Positions 46,794-54,683 of a DNA stretch of 64,000 bases are shown here, piece after piece. Both the position numbers and the translations under genes were made by a program. Positions within the stretch are counted from its first letter, which is position 1; each line of letters starts with the position of its first letter. The stretch comes from a virus. Lineage: Duplodnaviria > Caudoviricetes. The notes under the pieces were generated by a model that was not told the DNA's origin, made no database searches, and saw only the letters and a list, made by a program, of their open reading frames with translations. Where the stretch lies: IMG/VR virus record IMGVR_UViG_3300006204_000007, positions 14,960 to 78,959 of that record; one strand, written 5' to 3'.

Positions 46794-47050
46794 TTCGCCG
46801 CCCCCTTGTCCAGATAAAGAGCGTCCAATATGTCTTCTTTGGGAATTTCCAAAGTTTTTATGTATGCCCGAAGCTCCCCCAGCGTAATCTTGTCCGGGTC
46901 GCGCAAGTGCTTGTAAAATGTCGGCATACTAATACGGGCTTTTGCAACCAGCTTTTCCCGGTTAGTTCCCGTCCTCTCCATGCATGACCTGATTGACCGG
47001 GAAAGACTTATATTTTTATCCGTCCATATCCCGAGCGATACTTTTCCCAT
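46790..47050 (-). CDS. HTH-like early protein
   Basis: LVAKARISMPTFYKHLRDPDKITLGEL. Confidence 0.65.
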   Translation of the reverse strand: MGKVSLGIWTDKNISLSRSIRSCMERTGTNREKLVAKARISMPTFYKHLRDPDKITLGELRAYIKTLEIPKEDILDALYLDKGAAK

Positions 47051-47055
47051 TTCCT

Positions 47056-47208
47056 TTACCTCCCCGCAAAATAAATAATCATATAAAGGGCGATAAACCC
47101 CATCACCATTGCCACCATGCCCGCGGCAAAGTAGCAGATAAATTTCAGCCGCTCAAAACTCATCGGCTCCCGGCCTTTCTTGCCGCTCCTTAAAATGATT
47201 TCTTCCAT
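47056..47208 (-). CDS. 50-aa hydrophobic peptide
   Basis: GGAGG RBS; FICYFAAGMVAMVMGFIALYMIIYF segment; absent from the ORF track. Confidence 0.65.
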   Translation of the reverse strand: MEEIILRSGKKGREPMSFERLKFICYFAAGMVAMVMGFIALYMIIYFAGR

Positions 47209-47258
47209 ACTTTCCTCCTTATCTTGCGATTTCCAGAGGAAAATGATATAATTCTCTC

Positions 47259-47328
47259 TGTAATCGCATTAGTCTGGTTAATGTGGTTACAGTCCCGGTT
47301 GGTGTTGCCGCACCGCCGGGGCGTTTTT
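47259..47328 (+). ncRNA. Candidate two-hairpin small RNA antisense to the early operon
   Basis: TTGCGA (47224..47229)-17-TATAAT (47247..47252) with extended TG; 14-bp hairpin, GC hairpin, T-tract; no ORF. Confidence 0.6.
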
Positions 47329-47566
47329 GTTAGATAAACCTAAATTCTCCATCGCTGCGCATGTTTAGCGCGTCCACTATTTCTCTTGCCCACCCTTCCG
47401 TGTCGGCCTGTGCAATCATGTACCATATATCCGGGTCTAATGTGCTTCTTTTTTGGATTTCATATTTCATTTACATACCCCCTATATTGAATTTGATCCC
47501 CTTATCTCCTATACTGTAAGTACCAGACTGTCATCTGGAATACGAAAGAAAGGAGATAAAACACAT

Positions 47567-47758
47567 ATGACAAAATTTTGTCCATTCATGAGCAAAGACC
47601 CATCCATTCCAGATAAGTCAAGCACAGACAAAAATATGATTCCTTGTATGGATACCTGTTCTTTGTACTGGAAGGGATTCTGTTCAATTAACATCCTCGC
47701 CCAAAAAGCGATACATGACGGCGAAAAAGAAAAGAAGGACAAATCAGTCTCTGAATAA
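47567..47758 (+). CDS. Small Cys-containing protein counter-oriented in the early region
   Basis: GGAG RBS; KFCPF...C...CSLYW..FC motif. Confidence 0.65.
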   Translation: MTKFCPFMSKDPSIPDKSSTDKNMIPCMDTCSLYWKGFCSINILAQKAIHDGEKEKKDKSVSE

Positions 47759-47968
47759 TTCTTTTCCGTCAAGGCGGCAAGCGATATGTTGCGAAGGGTA
47801 ATCGACTCTACTTGCACTTTCTTTCTCTACCAAAGAATGCGCACCGATTCCCTTCGCTGTATCTGCCGATTTGCAAAGTTCATAAAAAGTCAGTCCTTCC
47901 TCTGCCGCAAGATTGATAATCTTCTTGGCGAACTCCTCTGTCTTTTCATAAAATTCTTTTCCTTCCAT
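47744..47968 (-). CDS. Small early protein
   Basis: GGAGGTGA RBS before ATG 47968. Confidence 0.55.
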   Translation of the reverse strand: MEGKEFYEKTEEFAKKIINLAAEEGLTFYELCKSADTAKGIGAHSLVEKESASRVDYPSQHIACRLDGKELFRD

Positions 47969-48242
47969 TTCCCTCACCTCCCCTCTGCACCAGAACCTTG
48001 TCCGGCTCTTTGCCTGCATTCTCTTTGAAAAGAACACGAATAGGTATGTCCGGAAAATATGTTCTTTGGATGTTGAATGCTTCATCCAGATTCAAGCATG
48101 AACGCCCAGATAACTTTCTCGAAAGTGTATCTCTGTTCATGCCGATTCCTTTTGCAATATCCATGATTGTCAAATCTTTTCTTGCCATTTCAGCCCTTAC
48201 ATTTTCGTACATCACACAACTTTTCAATGCTTCCACCTCCAA
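47946..48242 (-). CDS. cro: Cro-like HTH protein (start probably near 48212)
   Basis: RAEMARKDLTIMDIAKGIGMNRDTLSRKLSG; divergent from cI. Confidence 0.8.
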   Translation of the reverse strand: MEVEALKSCVMYENVRAEMARKDLTIMDIAKGIGMNRDTLSRKLSGRSCLNLDEAFNIQRTYFPDIPIRVLFKENAGKEPDKVLVQRGGEGNGRKRIL

Positions 48243-48332
48243 TCGCTCATTGAGTGATTACAAGTACATTAAATCACGCTATGAATGATTTGTCAACACA
48301 TATTTTGAAAATAAATCTTGCAATGCGTGATT
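48241..48332. promoter_or_regulatory. Genetic switch: three AATC-N11-GATT operators
   Basis: 48241..48259, 48272..48290 and 48314..48332 between the divergent cro and cI genes. Confidence 0.8.
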
Positions 48333-48371
48333 TTTTATGTATAATGTAAGATATAGGAAGGAGGGAAACAG

Positions 48372-49151
48372 ATGGATGTATACGAAGTTTTATCGGATAT
48401 AATGGCTTATGAAGGACTTTCAATAGCACAAGTGGCAAAGAAATGTGGTCTTCCAGATTCTACGGTTAGAGGCATTACAACCAGAAAACAAAAAACTGTC
48501 TCACTTGATGTTGCATATAAACTTTCTGATGGATTAGGTGTTTCACTCGAACGATTGAACGGGATGAAAGACCCCAATGAAAATAAAGAAAGAAGTTATT
48601 ATGAAACTCATGCCACGGATAAGGAATTTGAGGACATTATAAGAAAATATCGTATTATATCCGAATATTCCCCGGACGGAGCAGTCGTGGTTGATACGGT
48701 ACTGGATAGGGAGTATGCTATTGCGGAGAAGTTGAGGGAGCAGAAAGAGCAGTTGGAAAAGGTTCAGAGGATGAATATAGAAGTATCGGAAGAACTTATA
48801 CCATTAAGGCTGTGGGCTTATTACGGGAAAATCGCTTGCGCCGGAACTGGATTTATATTTGATGATATTCCATCAGATACCGTTCAAGCCCCGGACGCAA
48901 ACGCAGACTTTATAATAGGTGTAAACGGTGATTCTATGGAGCCTGACTATTCTGACGGAGAAAAACTGTATATTAAAAAGGTAGAGCGTATAAATCCGGG
49001 CGAAGTCGGCATATTCACTATCAATAATGAATGTTTCTTGAAAGAATATGGAAAAGACGGGCTTGTTTCCAGAAATAAAAAGTATGACGATATTCCGGGA
49101 AACGAAGATGTACGTCTAATTGGGAAAGTAGTTGGAAAAGTTGAGGAATAA
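48372..49151 (+). CDS. cI: CI-like repressor (HTH plus S24 peptidase)
   Basis: N-terminal HTH; CAG cleavage motif, VNGDSMEP, FLKEY. Confidence 0.9.
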   Translation: MDVYEVLSDIMAYEGLSIAQVAKKCGLPDSTVRGITTRKQKTVSLDVAYKLSDGLGVSLERLNGMKDPNENKERSYYETHATDKEFEDIIRKYRIISEYSPDGAVVVDTVLDREYAIAEKLREQKEQLEKVQRMNIEVSEELIPLRLWAYYGKIACAGTGFIFDDIPSDTVQAPDANADFIIGVNGDSMEPDYSDGEKLYIKKVERINPGEVGIFTINNECFLKEYGKDGLVSRNKKYDDIPGNEDVRLIGKVVGKVEE

Positions 49152-49199
49152 TTAAACCGTTACGACGATTTAATAAAAATTTAAAAAAGGGAGGAAAGT

Positions 49200-49475
49200 A
49201 TGGAACAAAAATATTGTAAACACTGTGGAGAACTCATAGATAAAGATTGCGTTGTTTGCCCGAAATGCGGAAAGCAAGTTGAAGAATTATCCGGAGTTGA
49301 TAAAAATATTATTATTAACAATTCTTCCAGTGCGTCAGCCGCCGCGTCATCTACAGTGACAGCACCAACAAAAAGAAAGAAAAAATATAATTTTTTATTA
49401 GACCTTATTCTTATTTGCTGTACAGGCGGATTATGGATAATATGGATGATTGTCAGACCAAAGTATGAGTATTAA
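49200..49475 (+). CDS. Zinc-ribbon membrane protein of the lysogeny module
   Basis: YCKHCG...CPKCG; C-terminal hydrophobic helix. Confidence 0.75.
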   Translation: MEQKYCKHCGELIDKDCVVCPKCGKQVEELSGVDKNIIINNSSSASAAASSTVTAPTKRKKKYNFLLDLILICCTGGLWIIWMIVRPKYEY

Positions 49476-49631
49476 AAGAAAAAACCGCCCGGCGCTACCA
49501 ACACCGAACGGCTTACATAGATACCAGAAGATGATACCTACAACCCAAAAATATTGTATCATCTTCGGGGGCGGCTTGCAAGCGGATTTCCCGCAGGCTG
49601 TTATTTTTTTACAAAAAAGGAGGATGATACC

Positions 49632-50666
49632 ATGGCAACAGCAAAAAAACTACCGTCCGGCAACTGGCGCTGCCAAGTCTACGATTACACGGACGGAGCT
49701 GGGAAACGGCATTACAAGTCCTTTACGGCCGCCACGAAAAGGGGAGCGGAGCATCTGGCCGCAGAATACGCCGACACAAAAAAGGAGCGGCCGCAGCCGC
49801 TTAAGGTGACAGTGGGCAAGGCGCTGGATAATTATATCAATATCAAAAGCAATGTATTATCCCCCAGCACGGTAAGGGGGTACCGCGCGATGAGAAGCAG
49901 CAACTATTCCGATATCGAAGATATCCTGCTGGAAGACCTCACGCAGGAAGTGGTGCAGATATGGGCAAACTCCTTGGCTGCAAAGAAAAATGCCAAAACG
50001 GTTAAAAACGCCCATGGGCTGCTGTCGGCCATGCTCTCCGTGTATATGCCAGATTTCATGCTCCGTACCGCCCTTCCGAAAAAGCAGAAGGAAGTGCCGT
50101 ACATACCAACAGAAAGCGATATAAGGCTCATAATGGAGTTTTTCAAGGAAAAGGATACAGAAATGCTTAAGGCGGTTTACCTGGCCGCGTTCGGCACGCT
50201 GCGGCGTTCAGAGATATGCGGGTTGACCGGGGAAGATATAGAGGGGAATGTGATCCACGTCCACTCGGCTGTTGTTATGGATGATTCGGCTAACTGGATC
50301 AAAAAAAATACAAAAACATCTTCCAGCGACAGATATATACCTCTTCCAGATTTCGTAATCGATGCGCTGCCAAAAAGCGGCAATGTAGTTCTAATTGAAC
50401 CTTCCAAAATATCTGCACGGTTTTCGTCCGCATTGAAAAGACTTTCCATACCTCATTTCCGCTTCCATGATTTGCGCCATTATTCGGCCAGCATCATGCA
50501 CGCGATCGGCATCCCGGATCAATATATCATGCAGCGGGGCGGTTGGAGTTCGGATGGGGTTTTAAAATCAATTTACCGCAATACCATGGACGATTACGCC
50601 AAAAAATTTAGCAGCCAGATCAACGATTATTTTAAAAATGCAACACAAAATATCACACAAGAATAG
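49632..50666 (+). CDS. int: Tyrosine integrase
   Basis: LRRSEICGL, FHDLRH, RGGW...IYRN catalytic motifs; GGAGG RBS before ATG 49632. Confidence 0.95.
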   Translation: MATAKKLPSGNWRCQVYDYTDGAGKRHYKSFTAATKRGAEHLAAEYADTKKERPQPLKVTVGKALDNYINIKSNVLSPSTVRGYRAMRSSNYSDIEDILLEDLTQEVVQIWANSLAAKKNAKTVKNAHGLLSAMLSVYMPDFMLRTALPKKQKEVPYIPTESDIRLIMEFFKEKDTEMLKAVYLAAFGTLRRSEICGLTGEDIEGNVIHVHSAVVMDDSANWIKKNTKTSSSDRYIPLPDFVIDALPKSGNVVLIEPSKISARFSSALKRLSIPHFRFHDLRHYSASIMHAIGIPDQYIMQRGGWSSDGVLKSIYRNTMDDYAKKFSSQINDYFKNATQNITQE

Positions 50667-50702
50667 AAAAGTGCTATATTTAAAGCAATTCCATTCCTGT
50701 GT

Positions 50703-50729
50703 GTGTGGGTTCAAGTCCCATCTTCCGCA
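50703..50729 (+). other. att core: 3' end of a tRNA (probably tRNA-Leu)
   Basis: GTGGG-TTCAAGT-CCCAT T arm plus CTTCCGC-A acceptor strand, no 5' half upstream. Confidence 0.8.
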
Positions 50730-50736
50730 GTTTTTA

Positions 50737-50790
50737 TAAAACCCCATATTTGCGATAGGCAAATAAAAAGCCTTGCAAATATGGGGTTTT
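50737..50790. terminator. Long hairpin between convergent integrase and lysin genes
   Basis: AAAACCCCATATTTGC ... GCAAATATGGGGTTTT 16-bp inverted repeat. Confidence 0.75.
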
Positions 50791-50877
50791 TAATTATTAC
50801 CAAAAATAAAAAAATTAAATAGAATATAATAAAATATTATGTAATATAAAATTATGCAACACGAAATGCAACACAAG

Positions 50878-51663
50878 TTAATTAATCGCCGTCCATGTTT
50901 TTACCCCCACAATCCCATCAACAATAAGACTGTTTTCTGCCTGAAATGCTTTTACTGCTTCTAATGTTTTTTTACCAAAAATTCCGTCAATATTACCAAC
51001 CCCATAACCTTTTGCCGTAAGACGCTGCTGCAGATATGTCACATCATCACCACGGCTTCCTGTTTTAATAGTGCTGCGTTTCGGAGCAGTTCCCTGAAGA
51101 TTCCCATAATATATATTCATGTCTACATTGGATGGTATGCCTGATATCCTGCCTTTTGAAGAATGCTGCCACATAAACGGATTGTATCCGTCTATATTAG
51201 AATTATACCTTGCCAGCCACAAGGGATATTTGCTAAGATCACCAAATTTATTTTCTATATAATCAATATTTGAATAGACCCCAACCTCATAACCTTTGGC
51301 AGACAAATAATCACAAAAAGCTTTTACGCTATCCGTCCGGCCTTCTTTTGTTTGCGGATTGCGCTTATCGGAATCATACTCCCAGTCAGCCCATACCCGC
51401 ATAGTAATAATATCCTTATAACCCTCAATGCATTTTTCGCACATTTTGGCATTAAGGACGGCCTCGTCCTTGTTGGCGGCATAAATAAACCAGTAAATGC
51501 CTATTTTTACTCCAGCCGTATGAGCGCCACAGATATTATTGATAAACTGCTTGTCCATCTGCGACTTTCCATATCCGGCTCGAATAATCGCAAAATCTAT
51601 TGACTGGCTTGCTTTTTTCCAGTCAATTTTTCCATTATGGTACGATACATCAATCCCTTTCAT
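50878..51663 (-). CDS. Endolysin: GH25 muramidase plus peptidoglycan-binding domain
   Basis: GIDVSYHNG; WQHSSKG...VDMN; GSRGDDVTYLQQRL...DGIFG..T. Confidence 0.93.
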   Translation of the reverse strand: MKGIDVSYHNGKIDWKKASQSIDFAIIRAGYGKSQMDKQFINNICGAHTAGVKIGIYWFIYAANKDEAVLNAKMCEKCIEGYKDIITMRVWADWEYDSDKRNPQTKEGRTDSVKAFCDYLSAKGYEVGVYSNIDYIENKFGDLSKYPLWLARYNSNIDGYNPFMWQHSSKGRISGIPSNVDMNIYYGNLQGTAPKRSTIKTGSRGDDVTYLQQRLTAKGYGVGNIDGIFGKKTLEAVKAFQAENSLIVDGIVGVKTWTAIN

Positions 51664-51673
51664 CTGGCTGCCT

Positions 51674-51913
51674 CTACTTTCTTAAGTCTTTTAAATGCTC
51701 GTCAGCTATAATGGCCGCCTGTGTAAAACTATTGTTTTTCCACCACGCACACAGTGACGCTCCTACAGTCAAAGCCATGGACACGGCCTGCCCGAAATCC
51801 TCGTCCGCAAACGGGAGAGGGCTATAGCCGCTGATTGTCAGCACTTGGTTGATAAGTGCAAAAACTAATACCGCAGTTCTCACGATGGTTCCTGTTTCAA
51901 TTTTCTTTTTCAT
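51674..51913 (-). CDS. Holin, SPP1 family
   Basis: GTIVRTAVL..ALINQ.L...AWWKNNSFTQAA. Confidence 0.9.
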   Translation of the reverse strand: MKKKIETGTIVRTAVLVFALINQVLTISGYSPLPFADEDFGQAVSMALTVGASLCAWWKNNSFTQAAIIADEHLKDLRK

Positions 51914-52188
51914 GGTTTTATACCTTCTTTCTTTTCTAAATTATCAATACGGTGGTTAGCCGTTCTGATTCGTTCCTCCATCACATCAGCCCGTGCCTCC
52001 AGCCTGTCCACGCGCCCGTCCATGACAGAGCAGTTTTCACACTGCTTTTTCAATTTTTCCTCAAGCTGTGTTACACGGTATGTAAGCACCTTTGCGCTAC
52101 CAACGACACCTACAACGGAACCTATCAGACTTGCAACAGCCGGTATGATGATGTTAAGTAATTCGTTTGACATATAAACACCTCTCAA
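51910..52188 (-). CDS. Lysis-module protein (TM helix plus coiled coil)
   Basis: IIIPAVASLIGSVVGVV...YRVTQLEEK; upstream of the holin. Confidence 0.75.
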   Translation of the reverse strand: MRGVYMSNELLNIIIPAVASLIGSVVGVVGSAKVLTYRVTQLEEKLKKQCENCSVMDGRVDRLEARADVMEERIRTANHRIDNLEKKEGIKP

Positions 52189-52203
52189 ACATTTCTTAAG
52201 TAT

Positions 52204-52236
52204 ATGATACCTTACGAAAGACTGGACATTGTACCA
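52204..52236 (-). promoter_or_regulatory. TGGTACAA-N19-TATCAT promoter upstream of the lysis genes
   Basis: Box 52229..52236, -10 at 52204..52209. Confidence 0.8.
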
Positions 52237-52337
52237 TTTTTATCGATCCAATCCTTAGTCATTTTTTTCCACAGCTTTGGAACGTCCCCTATATGCATAT
52301 CGCCGTTCAAAATCTTCAAACCATAAAATTTTCCCAT
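52212..52337 (-). CDS. XkdX/CD1375-like small protein (41 aa)
   Basis: MGKFYGLKILNGDMHIGDVPKLWKK...; absent from the ORF track. Confidence 0.65.
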   Translation of the reverse strand: MGKFYGLKILNGDMHIGDVPKLWKKMTKDWIDKNGTMSSLS

Positions 52338-52407
52338 TAAGCAAGCCCTCTTTCTTCAGCGAATTCGTTAATTGTTTTAAAACCTTCCTTTTGCTGTTAA
52401 TAGATAT

Positions 52408-52767
52408 TTAATTATTCAGCTGTAATGCAAATAGTCTGTTATTGCCAGATGCGTTTATGGCATAAGGTTTATCACTCCTGTTTTGCGCGGTAATCACTAA
52501 CGCGTTTTGCGAGGAAAGACGTACAACATCCACGCCGTTTTGCCCTAATAAGATGGATACATAGTTGCCTGTCGTACTAAGATTGATATGGTATACAGTA
52601 TCAAGGTTATAGTTTGACATCCGATATCCGATTAGGTATAGCCCTGGCTGTAAAATTACTGTCCGGCATAATTATGTTCCAGTTGTCATGTTTGCTGGCA
52701 GAGTAATTGCATTAGTAACACTGCTAATTATTAACCTACTGTTTATGATTCCTAAATTGCTGTTTAT
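52408..52767 (-). pseudogene. Silent tail-fibre C-terminal cassette with one in-frame TAA
   Basis: Begins at ATAAACAGCAATTTA (INSNL); single frame ...MTTGT*LCRTVILQPGLYLIGYRMSNYN...QLNN*. Confidence 0.7.
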
Positions 52768-52976
52768 CTCTTATTATAGAATGCTTTTATCCGTATCCCC
52801 ATCCCTTCATATGGCTCACCTCCTTCCAAATACTTGTTAACGCCAAATAAGCCTGCTGTCTGGCAGGCTGTTTCATGGTTCCTATTCGCAAGCACACAGT
52901 ACAGAACGCCTTTCAGTTCATCCATCCTTTTCCCTGCCATTCCAAGCAGTACTTTGCCGATAATCTGTTCTACCAT
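52764..52976 (-). pseudogene. Probable N-terminal remnant of a tyrosine recombinase
   Basis: GGGAGG RBS; MVEQIIGKVLLGM...ELKGVLYCVL resembles recombinase N-termini in related phages (recalled); no catalytic domain follows. Confidence 0.45.
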
Positions 52977-53033
52977 AACTGCCTCCCGTTTTTGCTCCCA
53001 TTATATCAAACAGGCAGATGGGGCGTTGGTGAG

Positions 53034-53357
53034 ATAAACAGCAATTTAGCGCCTGAAGTATTAACAAACGGTATTGATTTTGAAAAATATTACCGCATCG
53101 ACATAGTAATAAGAGAAGAAAGAATATCATCCGCGATTTATACAGCAAGCTTTTTAGAACCATCAAAACGTCGTTCGCAATTTTTTAGCTATATAACGCA
53201 CAATCTAAACTATATGTATGCTGGTATAGCTAAAATCGAATTTATGAATGAGGGAAGTATATCCGCTACCCATAGGATGGGAATTAACCTAAATACTGGT
53301 GATCCAGCTACCAACAACTATACTATCCTTGGTATAATGGGATATAAGCATATTTAA
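53034..53357 (+). other. Inverted, startless tail-fibre C-terminal cassette
   Basis: Open frame from ATAAACAGCAATTTA (INSNLAPEV...GYKHI*), convergent with 53371..54483. Confidence 0.8.
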
Positions 53358-53370
53358 GATATCTGCTTTT

Positions 53371-54483
53371 CTATTTATAAATAATATAGCTGAAGGATGT
53401 GTCTATTCTGGCCGGATCAGTGTTTGCAGGGAAATAAATTTCCAAAGTGCCAGTACCCGATGAATTAGCATATATTCTGGCCGAATAGCATTTCCCATTT
53501 GTGCATTGCAATGATAAATAGTTTGTAAATAATGGTTTTGGTACACCAGTTAAAACAATATCTCCGTTTTTTACATTACTGCTGGGAGAAGTTTCAAAAC
53601 TAATGTAACAAATTCTTCCAATTAAATAATAGTCTGCTCCTTTGGTAAATTTTTCTCCTTTTACTGCGGATTTCTTTGTTATTTTAGTTTCGTTTGTTAA
53701 ATCGCTGTTTATTTGATCAAGCCGACTTTGCAAACTGCTTTGCTCTTCTTTCAAAACCCTTCCTGCATCTGCATCCAGCGCTACTATTCCCGGTGTATCC
53801 ACAAGAAAATTATTTGCAAGTTCTGCAAATGCATGTGGTTTTAAATCCTCGCAGAATTTTGATAGCTTTGCAAAAGCAATTTCTAGGTTGTCACCTGACT
53901 GGACGTTTGCGCGTTCCGTTGCTTGCTCAAATGTAATGATTGCTTTAGAAGCATCCCCGTCCTTTCCTAACTTTTTATTTAATTCTTCCGTTATCACTTT
54001 ATTCTGCACTGGATTTGTCGATGTTGTGCTTAGTTCCGAATCGATATCAAATCCTGCAATGGAAGCTGCCCGGTCGGCCTCATCTTTTGCCCTGTCTGCT
54101 TCGCTTTTCGACTGCTCGCTCCAATATTTGCTGTTATTTGTATCTTCTCCTTCGCGGGTGTTTGTACCGCCTACAGCCCATGATTTGGATGCAACAGACC
54201 ATTCTTCCGCTTGTGTTGCATGTTGCTGTGCCAATTCTTCAAATCGCTCTACCGCAGTCTGGATATTTTGGCAAGTCGCAAGGATGGTCTGTATTTCAAT
54301 CATATCCTGCTCAAACGCTTCATATGTAGCCATTCTTCTGACAATCCCCGGCGCAAAGCACATCCAGACCTTTTTAGAATCCATGGACACCGCCCATTCG
54401 CTGGCGGTCATCTGGTCTGGGTCAAAGTTTTCTTCTGCTCCTCGCCGCATCTGCATCGTTGCTTTGATTGTCTGTATTGCCAT
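53371..54483 (-). CDS. Tail fibre with Mtd-N-like anchor and exchangeable C-terminus
   Basis: N-terminus paralogous to 2879..3415; ATAAACAGCGATTTA (INSDL) at 53698..53712 precedes a beta-rich C-terminal domain. Confidence 0.8.
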   Translation of the reverse strand: MAIQTIKATMQMRRGAEENFDPDQMTASEWAVSMDSKKVWMCFAPGIVRRMATYEAFEQDMIEIQTILATCQNIQTAVERFEELAQQHATQAEEWSVASKSWAVGGTNTREGEDTNNSKYWSEQSKSEADRAKDEADRAASIAGFDIDSELSTTSTNPVQNKVITEELNKKLGKDGDASKAIITFEQATERANVQSGDNLEIAFAKLSKFCEDLKPHAFAELANNFLVDTPGIVALDADAGRVLKEEQSSLQSRLDQINSDLTNETKITKKSAVKGEKFTKGADYYLIGRICYISFETSPSSNVKNGDIVLTGVPKPLFTNYLSLQCTNGKCYSARIYANSSGTGTLEIYFPANTDPARIDTSFSYIIYK

Positions 54484-54683
54484 TATTCTTCACCATCCAC
54501 GATATCCTGCGCAAAATCTTCCAGCTCCGCAACGCAATCCAAAGCAGCGCGGTTCACTACCACTTTGTTTGTGCGTTCATTTTCTTTTACGATGTTTCCG
54601 TTTCCATCAATTTCAGAAAACGTAATAGATAGACGTTTTCCTTCTGCTGTAGTCAATATTGTCATACTGGTTACTTTTCTCAT
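54483..54683 (-). CDS. Small conserved tail-region protein
   Basis: Paralog of 3419..3613. Confidence 0.75.
   Translation of the reverse strand: MRKVTSMTILTTAEGKRLSITFSEIDGNGNIVKENERTNKVVVNRAALDCVAELEDFAQDIVDGEE

Larger units (their letters stand above)
1..50729. mobile_element. Prophage 1 (temperate siphovirus, A118/SPP1-like morphogenesis genes); left end outside the window
   Basis: Colinear integrase-cI-cro-replication-terminase-portal-capsid-tail-fibre modules ending at an att core next to the integrase. Confidence 0.93.
50638..50874. repeat. Integrase arm-type sites flanking the att core
   Basis: ATGCAACAC at 50638, 50854 and 50866; degenerate ATATCACAC at 50650; both pairs have 12-bp spacing. 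Confidence 0.7.

Noticed and set aside
50660-50729. Complete tRNA gene at the junction
   Set aside because: Only the T arm and 3' acceptor strand are present; upstream sequence has no D arm or 5' acceptor strand.
52340-52405. Intact XkdW-like partner gene before the XkdX-like ORF
   Set aside because: Only a startless ~19-codon C-terminal stub remains; treated as deletion debris of the cassette locus.
52672-52674. Stop-codon reassignment suggested by the in-frame TAA plus a phage tRNA
   Set aside because: The tRNA anticodon is UAU (Ile), not a suppressor, and other genes end normally at TAA/TAG/TGA.
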